Assembly: GCA_963803145.1 (NCBI GenBank)
Contig: CAWDLW010000012.1
Coordinates: 1 to 64,000, forward strand
Length of the DNA stretch: 64,000 nt
Origin: Methanotrichaceae archaeon
Lineage (GTDB): Archaea > Halobacteriota > Methanosarcinia > Methanotrichales > Methanotrichaceae
Direction of reading: 5' to 3'
The notes below the pieces were generated by a model. The model was given only the letters and a program-made list of their open reading frames with translations, was not told the origin of the DNA and did not search any database. The translations under genes were made by a program, and so were the position numbers. Shown piece by piece: positions 62,814 through 64,000 of this stretch (position 1 is the first letter of the stretch; every line of letters begins with the position of its first letter).

Positions 62814-63872
62814 TGTAGAGTCCCGAATGTTTTGACTTTATATACTCGGTCTCTACTTTTAGGTTCTATCTCTAACATTTAATTCAGTCTCCATACGATC
62901 GAGAAACATTTTCAGCTTGCACCCTTCTGGTAGCCTGGACCAGAAAGCACTATCTGGCGTCTGAAGATACCATTTTGTATCGAGCGATTCATGGAACCTA
63001 ACAGTGTTATACCAATCCATGAAATTGTCAAAATTATCGAACCTAGACCTGTTCTTTTGGTATGTATCATTCCATTTTTCGAATTTGCCATTTGTCTGAG
63101 GGTGTTTGACTCTCGCTTTAATATGGACTATTTTATTATCCTTAAGGAAGTTCTCAAATCTGCTATCGGCCTCTCCCTTTTTATCTCGTTTATTGGCATA
63201 GAACTGAGTTCCATGATCAGTCATTACCTGACTGATTCCCGTCAGCCATCCAAAGTTATCCAGCGCCTCCTGAAGGAGCATGATACTATTCTCAGTAGTT
63301 TCTGCATCGAACTCTCCGCCTGCGAGAATTCGCCGCGAACTATCATCAAGAACTGCACATACCTTTTTTCCATTGAGCTTACTGGTATGCCAGTCCAGAT
63401 GTACCAGTGTCAGGCTGTGCTTGCGTTCCCACCTGACCCAAGGTTTTCTACGCTTCGCTTTATTACGGTTTACTTTAGCTTGGCCATGATTCAGCAGAAC
63501 CTTGTGAATTGTGTTGTGAGGGATATGTTTTCCGTACTTGAATTCTATGATCTTTTCAAGACGCCTTGCCCCCAAATTTTGCTCTTTGTTGGTTTCTAAT
63601 ATCAATCTCTCTGATTCCTCATCAACATCTTTTTTCTTACGTCCAAATTTGTTAATGTTTAGGGGCATCTTGGTTTTCATCCAATGCATCCAGACTCGCT
63701 TAACGGTTGACTCGCTGACTTTCATCTCAGCAGCGATTCTTTTGGTGCTGATGTTACTGGTTTTAGCTCGGATTATGTACCGGATCTTCCTTTGTGTTAG
63801 CTTTACAACCTTATTCTTCTTTCCCATGCCCCTTTGGTGGGTATATAAAGTCAAAGATTTCGGGACTACACA
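62814..63872 (-). mobile_element. IS481-family insertion sequence
   Basis: 32-bp imperfect TIRs TGT...GTCCCGAA....TTGACTTTATATAC; perfect 15-bp direct repeat ACATATGGCAAGTCA at 62799-62813 and 63873-63887. Confidence 0.93.
62859..63827 (-). CDS. IS481-family DDE transposase
   Basis: N-terminal HTH; HLDWH, LDDSSR, TDHGTQF, HPQTNGKFEKW and YN..R.H.SL. Confidence 0.93.
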   Translation of the reverse strand: MGKKNKVVKLTQRKIRYIIRAKTSNISTKRIAAEMKVSESTVKRVWMHWMKTKMPLNINKFGRKKKDVDEESERLILETNKEQNLGARRLEKIIEFKYGKHIPHNTIHKVLLNHGQAKVNRNKAKRRKPWVRWERKHSLTLVHLDWHTSKLNGKKVCAVLDDSSRRILAGGEFDAETTENSIMLLQEALDNFGWLTGISQVMTDHGTQFYANKRDKKGEADSRFENFLKDNKIVHIKARVKHPQTNGKFEKWNDTYQKNRSRFDNFDNFMDWYNTVRFHESLDTKWYLQTPDSAFWSRLPEGCKLKMFLDRMETELNVRDRT

Positions 63873-64000
63873 ACATATGGCAAGTCAGGACAGCAGTGCC
63901 ATTTGTTCTGTAAGTACAATTAATTCTGTAAATTGATAAGTAGCTCTGTATCCAACCAAGTATTGGGGAACATTGGGGATACAGAGCAATGACACCAACG

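Overview
Archaeal methanogen chromosome segment, most consistent with Methanothrix/Methanotrichaceae (methanogenesis marker 14, two-subunit ATP-citrate lyase, archaeal CoaD/RibL/RfcL, tRNA-Pro without encoded CCA). It opens with two tandem kdpABC sets and a kinase-less kdpD. The second KdpA is frameshifted and has acidic substitutions in its selectivity-filter loops. Core genes (marker 14, cbiA-like, aclBA, leuC/hacA-like, coaD-ribL-JAMM-birA-pycA, rfcL) alternate with accessory patches. These include a TnpB-only IS200/IS605 element followed by three related ~76-92 nt structured elements, and an island at ~28.7-40.9 kb. The island carries a catalytic-domain-only tyrosine recombinase, two dif-like sites with identical arms and different 6-bp spacers, an EVE-nuclease-TPR gene, hicBA, a dispersed GC-rich repeat and scars of flanking-gene duplication. 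The right end is a signalling cluster with an apparently split PAS sensor/kinase pair and an intact IS481 element with a 15-bp target duplication. At least six genes carry single-base frameshifts, which may be assembly errors. All family calls come from motif recognition by eye; no database searches were run.
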